From Planctomycetota bacterium (GTDB taxonomy: Bacteria; Planctomycetota; PLA2; JAEUHO01), in the NCBI GenBank assembly GCA_965222115.1, contig CBDCTJ010000003.1:288001-352000 (forward strand): a DNA stretch of 64,000 bases, written 5' to 3'. Below the pieces are notes generated by a model that was given only the letters and a program-made list of their open reading frames with translations, was not told where the DNA came from and ran no database searches. Shown one piece after another: positions 51,401 to 62,839 of this stretch; the first letter of the stretch is position 1; every line of letters begins with the position of its first letter. The translations under genes and the position numbers were made by a program.

Positions 51401-51548
51401 AGAAACGGAAATGCGAAAGGCACTTGCCGACATTGTGTCCAAGAGCGACGCCCTCAAGAATACGCCACGACTTCTGAGTACGCACTGGGGCACGGCCGTC
51501 CGATCCGAGGACAAACCGCATCCGAAGGCGGTCTACGTTCCAAAGTAA
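48447..51548 (+). CDS. FHA-domain Hanks Ser/Thr kinase with a TM helix and a large helical extracytoplasmic domain
   Basis: FHA (GR, VSKLH, SNNG); GEGGMGGV, HRDVKPDN, DLG, GTPHFISPE; TM 'LIFAGLVALAAIGAGIYF'. Confidence 0.9.
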   Translation: MSIRLRIEHGQDEGKTFRLAKPGVYTVGRLPNNSVRILDMRVSKLHCEIHISGDGAAIRDRSSNNGCIINGQPLGGGDSPLRPGDEIRLGLTITRILSDGQADEEVSPSAGHSAESTLAMPRDSKQSEELPSLPPDELVGRDLGGYVVQKKIGEGGMGGVYLAEQTSLKRHVALKVLNEQFAADQAFVDQFVNEARAAGALNHPNVVQVYDVGSSEGRYFFSMEVMPGGSIEDQVKETRAQGGTVRWKTALNWFIDAANALIFAKKKEILHRDVKPDNLMLAEDGSAKLCDLGLAKKSEHGDLMKKGIIGTPHFISPESIRRKSDIDHRTDLYSLGCSFYRVLTGKNPYPANTVKEILLGHLNKPVPRVDELQSDVPRDLCDIVETLMAKEPDERYESPEDLLQALDKVRLRHGLEAHGIRPHSRKPLIFAGLVALAAIGAGIYFATRKPPPPPVDPVAQAKLREAELTRLNSQLGQFVNTAIQDDIGFRERQSEADLDETYSDPRWGKLADEWEAAGKTWIAKQGEWQDSASKEKDAKRKEKYVTRAEELKEVIARATLNPIEIRKRVKYLKDNEKRIKTARENAAKALKEGLEGYAAEVQAHFDKGEYVELERALDTKKIQALVEKLAGAKDGDIALINRKKQVEPLVKKLFGAKPPYGAALLAKAKKAIAQQHKAKLDEAKKVAGTPATSDGLAKAIEGITPYHDSLPSAPVDKTPGPIETQLINQRSEVARAITGMKGEIEKLRNKSRNADRVAYYELIRRLRCPSPSRGLLAQLAFTSAASVARTAAEKMNTAPFRALAEDQAEAAASLKALFDTFPGTFGDWKDKKIRVVDSRGKLKAHTIKELTTTSLKYGRESINFVERGVPWLLERVLKDADGKLRFAPNGEQHFAIATLAELAGDFELAASSYAAAKAALPAEDRRTEIAARRMGKLEAEKAAHALWKECIDLLEMVRAFKRKHAPSKASGGMMSEEDRQAVFAKETEMRKALADIVSKSDALKNTPRLLSTHWGTAVRSEDKPHPKAVYVPK

Positions 51549-51560
51549 GCGCGGTCCTCA

Positions 51561-51872
51561 TTGCAACCCCGTCAACCTATTGAACGCGTAGCGCCGGGCG
51601 TCGTTCGGTTGCACGTTAAGGTCGTCCCGGGATCGTCACGCACGTGCCTTGCCGGCTTGCGAGGTACACGACTGCGCATCAAAGTCGCCGCGCCCCCGGA
51701 AGGCGGCAAGGCCAACAAAACGTTGATTCGATTCCTTGCCGATGTGTTCAGGATCCAGGTTTCCGCCATTCGCGTCGTACGCGGCTCGTCTGCCCAGGAA
51801 AAGACGCTGGAACTCGACGACATATCGATCGAAGATGTGCGTCACCAACTCGCCGGGATTCTCCGTGACTGA
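51561..51872 (+). CDS. DUF167/YggU family protein
   Basis: VKVVPG, APPEGGKAN, G.SA.EK. Confidence 0.88.
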   Translation: MQPRQPIERVAPGVVRLHVKVVPGSSRTCLAGLRGTRLRIKVAAPPEGGKANKTLIRFLADVFRIQVSAIRVVRGSSAQEKTLELDDISIEDVRHQLAGILRD

Positions 51873-52485
51873 GCCCGCCCACCCCATCGCATTTCTGTTG
51901 TCTGGCAGCGGCAGTACGCTCGCCAATCTCTTGGATGAAATCGAAGCAGGACGAGTACCTGCCAGGGTCGTGGTTGTTGTCTCGGATCGGCCTGGCGTCG
52001 GCGGACTTGAGATTGCCAAGGCGCGCGGCATTGCCACGGCCATCGTGGACCGCAAAGTCGTACGCGGTGATGCGTTTTCCAATCAACTCGAACAAACACT
52101 CCGCCCCCATGCCCCCGAACTCGTTGTGTCGGGCGGGTTCTTGTCGATCTACAAAGTTCCACCCGATCTTCAGGGCCGCATCATTAACGTGCATCCGTCG
52201 TTGCTACCTGCCTTTGGCGGCAAAGGGTGCTGGGGCCATCACGTGCATCGCGCCGTGTTGAAGCGCGGCTGTCGCCTCACTGGCTGCACAGTTCACTACA
52301 CCACCGACGAAGTAGACGGCGGGCCCATCATCGAACAGGCATCGGTGCGAGTCCTTCCCGATGACACCGTGGAGTCACTCGCCGCGCGCGTCCAGGCCCT
52401 CGAACGCGATCTCTATCCCAAAGTCATCGCCAAGATTCTCGGCGGCCACATCCGCCTCCACCAAGGCCGCGTTCTCCACAATTAG
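51865..52485 (+). CDS. purN: Phosphoribosylglycinamide formyltransferase
   Basis: SGSGS, INVHPSLLPAFGG, GCTVH, DGGPII. Confidence 0.95.
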   Translation: MTEPAHPIAFLLSGSGSTLANLLDEIEAGRVPARVVVVVSDRPGVGGLEIAKARGIATAIVDRKVVRGDAFSNQLEQTLRPHAPELVVSGGFLSIYKVPPDLQGRIINVHPSLLPAFGGKGCWGHHVHRAVLKRGCRLTGCTVHYTTDEVDGGPIIEQASVRVLPDDTVESLAARVQALERDLYPKVIAKILGGHIRLHQGRVLHN

Positions 52486-52516
52486 TGCGCCACAAAAGCC
52501 TGGCTTTTGTGGCGCA
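52486..52516. terminator. Perfect 15-bp inverted repeat between convergent genes
   Basis: TGCGCCACAAAAGCC-T-GGCTTTTGTGGCGCA immediately after the purN stop. Confidence 0.6.
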
Positions 52517-52714
52517 GCCGCAGAGGCCCACTATTCGGCGCTCGCCACCTCCCGGCGTGCGCCGAAACTACCTGGTATCTCTGGCGCATCAGCCTCGGGG
52601 TGCACGTTGCTCCCACTCATCGATGGTTCTAATGTCATAGGCGCGCTCCGTTCCACGGTGTGGCTATCTCCCTGCGCGAGGAAAGCCTACCCCTTCGCGC
52701 AACTGCAGACCCGT

Positions 52715-54604
52715 TCAACTTGACCGGTTTGACTCGGCGCGTTCAATCCGATATGTGGGAAATGTCCCAAAGTCCTTTGCAAGCTCTACTTGCCCCACGT
52801 ACGTTTCGGCAATGTCGCGAATTCCCCTGGCGTGAAGTACTCCTACAAACGACGCACTTGCATACACCTGATTGTCGGGGACTTGGGGCTCTATACGCGC
52901 TGCATGGCTTATGGCGGCACCGGTGACGCGCAATTTCTTGAGAATCGGATCGTGCACACAATAGACCGGCGCCGCGTGAAGTCCGACGCGAATATGCAAA
53001 CGCTCCAAGAGTCGAGATGTGCTCGGAAGAGAATTATCGACATTTGACGCCTCGACACCTGAGGTTGCGTCACTCACCGCGAACAAATCGCGCAGAGAAA
53101 GAGCAAATTCGGCTGCGTGTTCGACGGATGAAAAGCTAGCAAATACCGCATCCCCCCACGTGTTGGCGTGAATGACATGATCGCCCGCGGCGTCTAGCAG
53201 CTTTGCAATGGGATCGAGGACCTCCGTGGCGAACGTCAACACCTCGCGTTCGCTAAGCTTGCTGTAGCCCTTCACATCGGCGAAGCACAGCGATGAGATG
53301 AACGAACTACCATGCGTCCTGTTCGCAACTCGAGAGGACGGTAACGCGTTCGACTTTGCCCTATACTGAATAAAGCCGTCCTCCAAGGCATCGATTCGGA
53401 GCACATGGATCTCACCAGCATCGCGCGAAGACGTCCAACGAGCAATTGTGTCTCCGGTTCCGCCCGCACCGGACGCGCCCTTGCCGTCCCACACGGCGAG
53501 CCGGACAACATCGGTATTCAAGGTTCTTGCACGACTTGCCACCAGTCCATCGAGCACTTCACCTGCATGGGCAAAGGCCAACCCCTCCTCGGGAAAGGCA
53601 TCCTTGGTCACTTCGATGACCATGCTGGGCGACGCCAGCGCCGCGGCATGCATCCGCGACCAGTCGCGCCCTTCAAAGCCACGGACCGATCGCGTTTCGT
53701 ACCAGTCACCGCGAACCGGCAGCACAATGGCAGTATCAATGTCCCGCTTGCGCGCTTCCTCCAAGAACAACAAGTCGGCTCCGGCCGCGGCACCCGACAC
53801 AGCCAACGACCACTCGTTTCGATCCAAGAACGTGGAAATCGCGTGAGTGACGATTGGGACCTGTGCGTGAGGAAAGCGAGGATTCGCCCGACCGGGGGCA
53901 TCAACAATATGTCCTACCAACTGAACGACCGGTGGCACATGCGTGATGCCGACCAGCGTGGCCCACGCCTCGCCCGTGGTGTCTAGGAACAATCTTGGAT
54001 TTCGGCGGTATGCTTCAAGCGCAAACCAGTTACGCCCTTTGCGAGCCGCATCGGACACGCGCCGATACAACGGCCACGCCTCATCAAACCGCTCGAGTAG
54101 CAAGAGTGCCTCAGCATGGGTTGCCGTTTCCCAGGCGTCGCCGTTCGTTCCTGTGTCGTTTACGATGACTGTTGCGATCTCATGCGCGATATCTCGTTCT
54201 CCCAGTTTCCAATGCAGTGCTGCCAGATTGATGCGATGCCAGTTGACCTCAACATTGGTGCGCTCGCCCTGGCGATACGCCCATGCGGCCTTTCGAAACT
54301 GGCAAGCGGCCCCCTCACCGTGCAGCCTTGACGCCGCATCCTTATAGGTCGACCCACGCACGCCATATGCCTCAGACGTGAGCTTGTTGCATGAAAGGCG
54401 CCGCGGCAACCCCCGCAAAATACCCAACGCCGCATCCAACGCCCCCAGCCCCTGCAGCGCCCGAGCCTCCAATATCTCTGCGCGGCCTGTTTCATCCTCA
54501 CATGCTCGCGCAAGGTCAAGCGCCACGAAGAACTCGCGGGCCTTAAGCGCGTCAAGTGCGGCCCCAATTTGATCCTGCACGTCGATACCGCTCATCGTGA
54601 CCAT
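52715..54604 (-). CDS. TPR (TRAF-binding-like) / SLOG-like / class III nucleotide cyclase fusion
   Basis: 'GSTYKD', 'INLAAL', 'W.TATHAEALLL' helical module; 'GHIVDAPGRANPRFP', 'AAGADLLF.E', 'AVWDG....GGT'; cyclase FADVKGYSKL, TWGDAV, RVGLHAAPV, AARIEP. Confidence 0.8.
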   Translation of the reverse strand: MVTMSGIDVQDQIGAALDALKAREFFVALDLARACEDETGRAEILEARALQGLGALDAALGILRGLPRRLSCNKLTSEAYGVRGSTYKDAASRLHGEGAACQFRKAAWAYRQGERTNVEVNWHRINLAALHWKLGERDIAHEIATVIVNDTGTNGDAWETATHAEALLLLERFDEAWPLYRRVSDAARKGRNWFALEAYRRNPRLFLDTTGEAWATLVGITHVPPVVQLVGHIVDAPGRANPRFPHAQVPIVTHAISTFLDRNEWSLAVSGAAAGADLLFLEEARKRDIDTAIVLPVRGDWYETRSVRGFEGRDWSRMHAAALASPSMVIEVTKDAFPEEGLAFAHAGEVLDGLVASRARTLNTDVVRLAVWDGKGASGAGGTGDTIARWTSSRDAGEIHVLRIDALEDGFIQYRAKSNALPSSRVANRTHGSSFISSLCFADVKGYSKLSEREVLTFATEVLDPIAKLLDAAGDHVIHANTWGDAVFASFSSVEHAAEFALSLRDLFAVSDATSGVEASNVDNSLPSTSRLLERLHIRVGLHAAPVYCVHDPILKKLRVTGAAISHAARIEPQVPDNQVYASASFVGVLHARGIRDIAETYVGQVELAKDFGTFPTYRIERAESNRSS

Positions 54605-54653
54605 CTGCTTCGAGGCGTGTGCGTCGAGATCATCTGGCCTTTGTGGCGCATCG

Positions 54654-55562
54654 CTACCTCCCCACCCGCAACACGTTTCGAAGCACCAGCCAGGGCAAGC
54701 TTGGGCTTTCGGCCATGCGGCGGCGAAGGTAGGCGGTGGCGTCGTCCCAACCGCGAGCGAAGGGCACGTAGCGGCGATAGGGCAATGTGATCCCGAAGTG
54801 CCCCTTCTTAAGGCGTTTGATGAACGTTCGGCGAGGCACGCCAAGGAGCATTTGAATTTCGCAGCGCTCCGGTGCGGCGGGTGCCACTGTGCGAAGAAAA
54901 CGGGCGAGAAGCTTCTCATCGTGCGTTGCAAACTCAAGTCGCGCGCCACGTTCAAGAAGGCGCTTGCCGTAGGTGAGCATGCGCTCCTTCATCTCAGCCT
55001 TTGACTGAATGGCGTACGTCTCGACTTCGGGATAGATACCGATTACGAGTCGAACACGCATACCCGCAGGCATGCGCTCAAGGTCGGCCTCGGTTCGGTG
55101 CATTCGAGTTTGCAATACGGTCCCAACATCATGTCCTCGCTCGAAGAGTGACACGGCGTTCGTAATAGTGGATTCCGTCCAGGGATGATCTTCCATGTCG
55201 ATCGTCAACGCAACGCCACGTTCTTTGGCTCGCGCGGCGAGCGCTTCGATACGCGGCCAACACGCTTGAGTGTCGCTCCCCGTAAATGCCGACGGTTTTA
55301 TGCTCAATGTGGGACGTGTCGCGGGATCGGCAAAGCGATGATCACTGCCTAGCACGTCCACGATTCGCTCGCACGTGCCGATGTTTTCGATGACCTGGAA
55401 GGGCGTGAGGTCGCCCTCGCCGAGCAGGTCGAGCGTGGTGAGCGTGCCGAAGCGATTGAGCTTCGCCTCTGCGACGCGAAGCGCAGCTTCGAGCGAGTCA
55501 CCCGCCACGTAGGGTTTCGCGAAGAGGCGCACCAAAAACGGCGGGGTGATCTTGGCCAGCAT
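54654..55562 (-). CDS. Monofunctional proline dehydrogenase
   Basis: YVAG, DLLGE, SIKPS, IDMED, ATHD, QMLLGV, YVPF, YLRRRMAE. Confidence 0.9.
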   Translation of the reverse strand: MLAKITPPFLVRLFAKPYVAGDSLEAALRVAEAKLNRFGTLTTLDLLGEGDLTPFQVIENIGTCERIVDVLGSDHRFADPATRPTLSIKPSAFTGSDTQACWPRIEALAARAKERGVALTIDMEDHPWTESTITNAVSLFERGHDVGTVLQTRMHRTEADLERMPAGMRVRLVIGIYPEVETYAIQSKAEMKERMLTYGKRLLERGARLEFATHDEKLLARFLRTVAPAAPERCEIQMLLGVPRRTFIKRLKKGHFGITLPYRRYVPFARGWDDATAYLRRRMAESPSLPWLVLRNVLRVGR

Positions 55563-55689
55563 GGCCGGTGATTCTAGCGACGGGACTCTTGCACCCGTAA
55601 GGCTGCAGAGACTCGTTTTGCTGGGGGCGAGCGCCGTTACCTTGTGGAGCCCGCCCGCGCGGGCACAAAATGGTCAATTGAGGCAGTTC

Positions 55690-57735
55690 GTGGCGAAGAA
55701 GAAACGAAAGAAGCGCAGGGCCAAATCCGCCAAGCGCGCCAAGGCGCCCCGTCGCAAGCGTGCGCGGGCACCCAAGAAAACGGCGGCGCGCAAAAAGGCT
55801 GCCTCACGCACAAAGAAGAAGGCGCGATCCTCACGCAAGGCCACAAAGCGACATCCCGTCTCACGAACGGGCGCCGCCTACGACGAACAGGCGATTATTT
55901 CGCTTGATCCGCTGGCGCATATCCGCCTGCGCACGGGCATGTACATCGGTCGTGTCGGCAACGGCAGTCACCCCCACGACGGCATCTACGTCATGCTCAA
56001 GGAGGTGATCGACAACAGCGTTGATGAGTTCATTATGCGCCACGGCAAGCGCATCGAGATCAAGCGTAAGGGAAACACCATCGCCATTCGCGACTACGGT
56101 CGCGGCATTCCCCTCGGCAAAGTGGTGGACTGCGTAAGTCAGATCAATACAGGCGGTAAGTACAACGACGAGCAATACCAGTTCACTGTCGGCCTCAATG
56201 GCGTAGGAACGAAAGTCGTCAATGCCCTCTCATCGCGCTTCGAGGTCTGCAGTTGGCGCGACGGCAAGTTTTCGAAGGCTACGTTTTCTCAAGGTGAGAT
56301 TGAAGGGCAGAAAAAGGGAAAGCAGTCGGGCGTCCGCAACGGCACCCAAACCATGTTCACGCCCGACGAAGAGATCTTCGGCGAATACGAATGGGACGAG
56401 ACATTTATTGGGCGGCGTATGCGATACTACGCCTACCTCAATAGCGGCCTCACGCTCATCTACAACGGCACCAAGTATCACAGCAAGAATGGCCTCGCCG
56501 ATCTGGTCACCGAAGAACTCGGCGAAGACAAACCCATTTACGACGTGGCCCATTACCGCGGCGACAACCTCGAATTCGCGTTTACGCATACGCAGAGCTA
56601 CGGCGAGACCTACTTCAGCTTCGTCAATGGGCAGTACACCAACGATGGCGGCACACACCAAAGTGCGTTTCGGGAGGGCGTACTCAAGGGCATCAATGAA
56701 TTTGCGGGTAAGAGTTATGCGGGCGAAGATGTGCGCGACGGCATCTTGGGTGCGGTGGCCATTCGCATGCAAGAGCCCACGTTTGAAAGCCAGACCAAAA
56801 ACAAACTCGGCAGTTCCGAGGTCCGTGGCTGGATCGTGAAGGAAGTGCGCGAGAACGTCATGCTGTGGCTGCATCGGCATAAGAAGCAGGCCGATGCCAT
56901 GATTCAGAAGATCAATGCCAACGAACGCATTCGCAAAGAACTTTCGTCAATCAAGAAGCAGGCTCGGGAACGCGCCAAGAAAACCGCGATTCGCATCCCC
57001 AAACTGGTGGACTGCAAGGAGCACTTCGACCGCGCCAAAGACAAGCGCCGCGACGACACCATGATTTTCCTCGCCGAAGGGGACTCCGCCGGCGGTGCCA
57101 TGCTTCAGGCGCGCGACGTCTACACGCAGGCGATTTTCAGCCTGAAAGGCAAACCCCTCAACACACACAATCACAAGCTCGACACGGTCTACAAAAACGA
57201 AGAACTCTACAACATCATGCGCGCGCTGGGCATTGAAGATGGACTCGATGGTCTGCGCTACAACCGCGTGGTGATTGCCACCGACGCCGACGTCGATGGC
57301 ATGCACATTCGCAATTTGCTGATCACCTATTTCCTGAAGTTCTTCGAACCCTTGGTTGCTGCCGGACACCTCTACGTGCTGGAAACACCGCTCTTCCGCG
57401 TGCGCAATAAAAAGGAAACCCACTATTGCTACTCGGAAGCCGAGAAACGGAAGGCGGTGCGCGCCCTCGCGAAGGGCAAGTCAAAGGCCGAGGTCACTCG
57501 ATTCAAAGGACTGGGCGAGATTAGCCCCAAGGAGTTCAAACAGTTCATCGGCGACGGAATTCGACTTGTTCAGATCGACTTGCCCTCGCGTGGCGAGATA
57601 CGCAAAGTGCTTGAGTTCTTCATGGGCAAGAACACACCGGAACGACGCAAATTCATTGTCAAAAACCTCATTGTGGAAGACACCGACATTGTAGAACCTG
57701 CGTCCGAGGAACCGGTCTCCGGAGGCGCGGGGTAA
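55690..57735 (+). CDS. parE: Type IIA topoisomerase subunit B (topoisomerase IV-type)
   Basis: HIRLRTGMYIG, EVIDNSVDE, DYGRGIP, GLNGVG, EGDSA, KGK, DADVDG, RFKGLGE. Confidence 0.88.
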   Translation: MAKKKRKKRRAKSAKRAKAPRRKRARAPKKTAARKKAASRTKKKARSSRKATKRHPVSRTGAAYDEQAIISLDPLAHIRLRTGMYIGRVGNGSHPHDGIYVMLKEVIDNSVDEFIMRHGKRIEIKRKGNTIAIRDYGRGIPLGKVVDCVSQINTGGKYNDEQYQFTVGLNGVGTKVVNALSSRFEVCSWRDGKFSKATFSQGEIEGQKKGKQSGVRNGTQTMFTPDEEIFGEYEWDETFIGRRMRYYAYLNSGLTLIYNGTKYHSKNGLADLVTEELGEDKPIYDVAHYRGDNLEFAFTHTQSYGETYFSFVNGQYTNDGGTHQSAFREGVLKGINEFAGKSYAGEDVRDGILGAVAIRMQEPTFESQTKNKLGSSEVRGWIVKEVRENVMLWLHRHKKQADAMIQKINANERIRKELSSIKKQARERAKKTAIRIPKLVDCKEHFDRAKDKRRDDTMIFLAEGDSAGGAMLQARDVYTQAIFSLKGKPLNTHNHKLDTVYKNEELYNIMRALGIEDGLDGLRYNRVVIATDADVDGMHIRNLLITYFLKFFEPLVAAGHLYVLETPLFRVRNKKETHYCYSEAEKRKAVRALAKGKSKAEVTRFKGLGEISPKEFKQFIGDGIRLVQIDLPSRGEIRKVLEFFMGKNTPERRKFIVKNLIVEDTDIVEPASEEPVSGGAG

Positions 57736-57738
57736 GCC

Positions 57739-59658
57739 ATGGCCAATCTCAAACCGCTCATGCGCCAGAACTTTCTGGAGTACGCCAGCTACGTCATTGT
57801 GGATCGCGCCATTCCCGATCTTCGAGATGGTTTCAAACCCGTGCAACGGCGCATACTGGCCACACTCAAGCGCATGGACGATGGCAAGTTTCACAAGGTC
57901 GCCAATGTGATTGGCGACACCATGAAGCTTCACCCCCACGGGGACCAGTCCATTGGCGATGCGCTGGTCGTGCTCGCCAACAAAGAGTACTTCATTGAGC
58001 GTCAAGGAAACTTCGGCAGCGTGCTCACGGGCCATCGTGCGGCAGCCGCCCGCTACATCGAGTGTCGCCTCACGCCGCTCGCACGCGAGACGCTCTTCAA
58101 CCATCATCTGACCACCTACACGCCCAGCTACGATGGGCGCCGCGACGAACCGCTGTTCTTGCCAGCCAAGTTGCCGGTTGTACTCATGCTTGGCGCCGAA
58201 GGCATTGCCGTCGGACTATCCACGCGCATCCTGCCGCACAACTTCTGTGAGTTGCTTGAAGCCCAGATCGCCATCTTGAAACGAGGCAAGTTCAAGTTGC
58301 TGCCCGACTTCTCCCAGGGCGGCCGCATGGACGCGTCGGAATACGGCGATGGCAACGGCAAGGTGCGTGTACGCGCGCGCATTGAAGAGCGCAGCAACAA
58401 ACTACTGGTGATCACGGAGATCCCGTTTGGCACAACCACCGAAAGCCTGATTGCGAGTATTGAGACTGCATCTCAACGTGGAAAGATCAAAGTGGGGTCG
58501 ATTCAAGACTTCACAACGGACAGGGCCGAAATTCATCTCGCACTGCCTCGTGGCGTGAGTGCCGACGAAACGCTCCCTCAGCTTTGGGCCTATACCGACT
58601 GCGAAGTCACGCTCCATCCGCGCCTCACTGTCATCGACGACCGCCACCCCGTCGACCTCTCGGTATCGGATCTCCTGCGCGAGCTCACCAAGCGCTTGAA
58701 AGCAATCATCAAGGCGGAACTGGAGCACGAACTCGCCAAACTGACGTCACGCAAACACTGGCTCACCCTTGAGCAGATATTTATCGAAGAGCGGGTCTAC
58801 AAGGCACTTGAGAAAGCAAAGACGGCTGAAGCCGTACGCAAGACCGTGTGGACCGGCATGAAACCATTTACGCGCCGCATGATCCGTAAGATGACGGAAG
58901 ACGATGTCACCAAGTTGCTGCAACTACACATCCGTCGCATTTCGGCCTATGACATCCAAAAGTTCCGCGATGACATGGGCGAGATTGAGCGCAACATTCG
59001 CGCGGTGAATCGCAAACTCAAGAATCTCACCAAGACGACGATCGGTGTCCTCGAGGATCTGCTCGACCGCTACGGCAAGGACTATCCCCGGCGAACCGAG
59101 ATCACCACGTTTGGCGCAGTGGACAAACGCAAAGTCGCACGTCAGAGCATTCGCGTTGCCTACGATCCCAAGAGCGGTTTCTGGGGAAGTTCCGTGCGCG
59201 CGTCCGAGCATGCCATGACCATGAGCGAGTACGACCGCGCGCTAATCGTCTCAAGCGACGGCAGCTACCGCATCGTGGGACCCGAAGAGAAACGGCTCAT
59301 CCCCGGCAAAGTGGTCTACTGCCAACCCTTCGATGAGAAGCAGGGCCTCCATGTGACGGTTGTCTATCGCAACGCACAGAAGTTCGCCTTCGGAAAACGA
59401 ATCCACATTCACAAATTCGTTCGAGCTCGTGAATACACGCTTTGCAAAGTTGAGAAGGGGAAGAAAGGCAAACTCGACTTCTTCCTGCTCGACGACGACC
59501 CCGGCTGCCTCTTTCTCGCTTTTGTCCACAAACCTCGACAGCGAGTAAAAGACACGACCTATGACTTGAACACACTGGTCGAAACCAGCGTCGGCGCGCG
59601 CGGTGCGCGGTTGGCTCCCAAGCCCGTCAGCCGCATGAAGCGTGTCGCCAGGGACTAA
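57739..59658 (+). CDS. parC: Type IIA topoisomerase subunit A (topoisomerase IV-type)
   Basis: DGFKPVQRR, HPHGD, QGNFG, AAARYIE catalytic Tyr; short C-terminal domain and no GyrA box seen. Confidence 0.88.
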   Translation: MANLKPLMRQNFLEYASYVIVDRAIPDLRDGFKPVQRRILATLKRMDDGKFHKVANVIGDTMKLHPHGDQSIGDALVVLANKEYFIERQGNFGSVLTGHRAAAARYIECRLTPLARETLFNHHLTTYTPSYDGRRDEPLFLPAKLPVVLMLGAEGIAVGLSTRILPHNFCELLEAQIAILKRGKFKLLPDFSQGGRMDASEYGDGNGKVRVRARIEERSNKLLVITEIPFGTTTESLIASIETASQRGKIKVGSIQDFTTDRAEIHLALPRGVSADETLPQLWAYTDCEVTLHPRLTVIDDRHPVDLSVSDLLRELTKRLKAIIKAELEHELAKLTSRKHWLTLEQIFIEERVYKALEKAKTAEAVRKTVWTGMKPFTRRMIRKMTEDDVTKLLQLHIRRISAYDIQKFRDDMGEIERNIRAVNRKLKNLTKTTIGVLEDLLDRYGKDYPRRTEITTFGAVDKRKVARQSIRVAYDPKSGFWGSSVRASEHAMTMSEYDRALIVSSDGSYRIVGPEEKRLIPGKVVYCQPFDEKQGLHVTVVYRNAQKFAFGKRIHIHKFVRAREYTLCKVEKGKKGKLDFFLLDDDPGCLFLAFVHKPRQRVKDTTYDLNTLVETSVGARGARLAPKPVSRMKRVARD

Positions 59659-59966
59659 CCCAGGCGGCATCCGCCTTGGGGTGAACTTGAGCTTCTCTCG
59701 CACGGACTGCCCACGCCGTACTCGATGGAAATGAGTTGCATGGAATGGCCGTGCACGATGGGCCACGCCCGATAGTTAGCATCACAAAGCAATCGGGTTC
59801 CCCATGCTCGTTGACACGTCGATTTCGGAGGCTACGCTGCGGCTCCAAGGTCCCCTAAGAAGGGGGCATGGCACAGCATGGGCCGAACGAGCGATGTGCG
59901 GTTCGCGGCCTCGTGCGTGTGGGATCGTTGAGCAAACAAGTAGCCCGTTGTCTCCTAAGGACTCAT

Positions 59967-60587
59967 GTGAAACGCAAACGCCTCCGCGACGAGATCAAGC
60001 TTACCCAACCGTTTGCCAACGACGGAACCGAGGCCTACTTCAACCTCATGCGAACTTTCGAGATGTTAAGCAGTGAGACCGCGTCGTGCCTCAAGACGCT
60101 GGGCCTTTCGCAATCGCAGTACAACGTATTGCGCATTTTGCGCGGCGCGGGCACGGGGGGACTGTCGTGCCGCGAGATTGGCAATCGCATGATTGCGCGC
60201 GTTCCTGATGTGACCCGCCTGCTTGATCGCTTGGTGCGCTGCGGCCACGTGGAACGCCAACGAAGCAAGCTCGACGCACGCAAAATGATTGCGCGCATTA
60301 CGCAAGCGGGACGCGAGCACGTCGAGCGTGCGATCCCCGTCGTGGATGAACTCCACCTCGAACAGTTTGAGCACTTGAGCCCCGACACCATCAAGAAGCT
60401 CAGCATCATGCTTGAGCAAGTCCGATCGCGCCCTGAGCCCGATGAGTCCTCGCCCGTCGAGTCATCTCCCGTCGAGTCATCTCCCGACGAGTCATCTCCC
60501 GACGAGTCATCTCCCGACGAGTCATCTCCCGACGATGCCACAAGTTCGGAGCAGGCCGTCGGAGCCCAAGAGGCTCCCCGACCGTAA
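59967..60587 (+). CDS. MarR family regulator with an acidic repeat tail
   Basis: 'LSQSQYNVLRILRGA', 'PDVTRLLDRL..G.V.R....DAR....ITQAG'. Confidence 0.88.
   Translation: MKRKRLRDEIKLTQPFANDGTEAYFNLMRTFEMLSSETASCLKTLGLSQSQYNVLRILRGAGTGGLSCREIGNRMIARVPDVTRLLDRLVRCGHVERQRSKLDARKMIARITQAGREHVERAIPVVDELHLEQFEHLSPDTIKKLSIMLEQVRSRPEPDESSPVESSPVESSPDESSPDESSPDESSPDDATSSEQAVGAQEAPRP
60441..60530 (+). repeat. Six tandem 15-bp units (GWCGAGTCATCTCCC) encoding [D/V]ESSP
   Basis: Directly visible in the sequence. Confidence 0.95.
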
Positions 60588-60635
60588 ACGATGGCCGTTG
60601 GCGGGGACGCTTGCTTCGATGTGCCGTATAGTGAT

Positions 60636-62684
<2,049 letters not shown>

Positions 62685-62839
62685 TCGCGCGGCGGCGGCC
62701 TCACATGCAACGTGCGTGCGTGGGAGGCACAACGCGCCCCTAAGGAACGATCATCCTCACCGACGGCTCGTTCCATAGTGGCGTCAGTCTACGCAGTATT
62801 CACTTCGTTGGTCACGCACGAAGAACATGGACTCACACT

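Noticed and set aside
60441-60530. Possible CRISPR array
   Set aside because: Contiguous 15-bp tandem repeats with no spacers, in frame within MarR; no cas genes.
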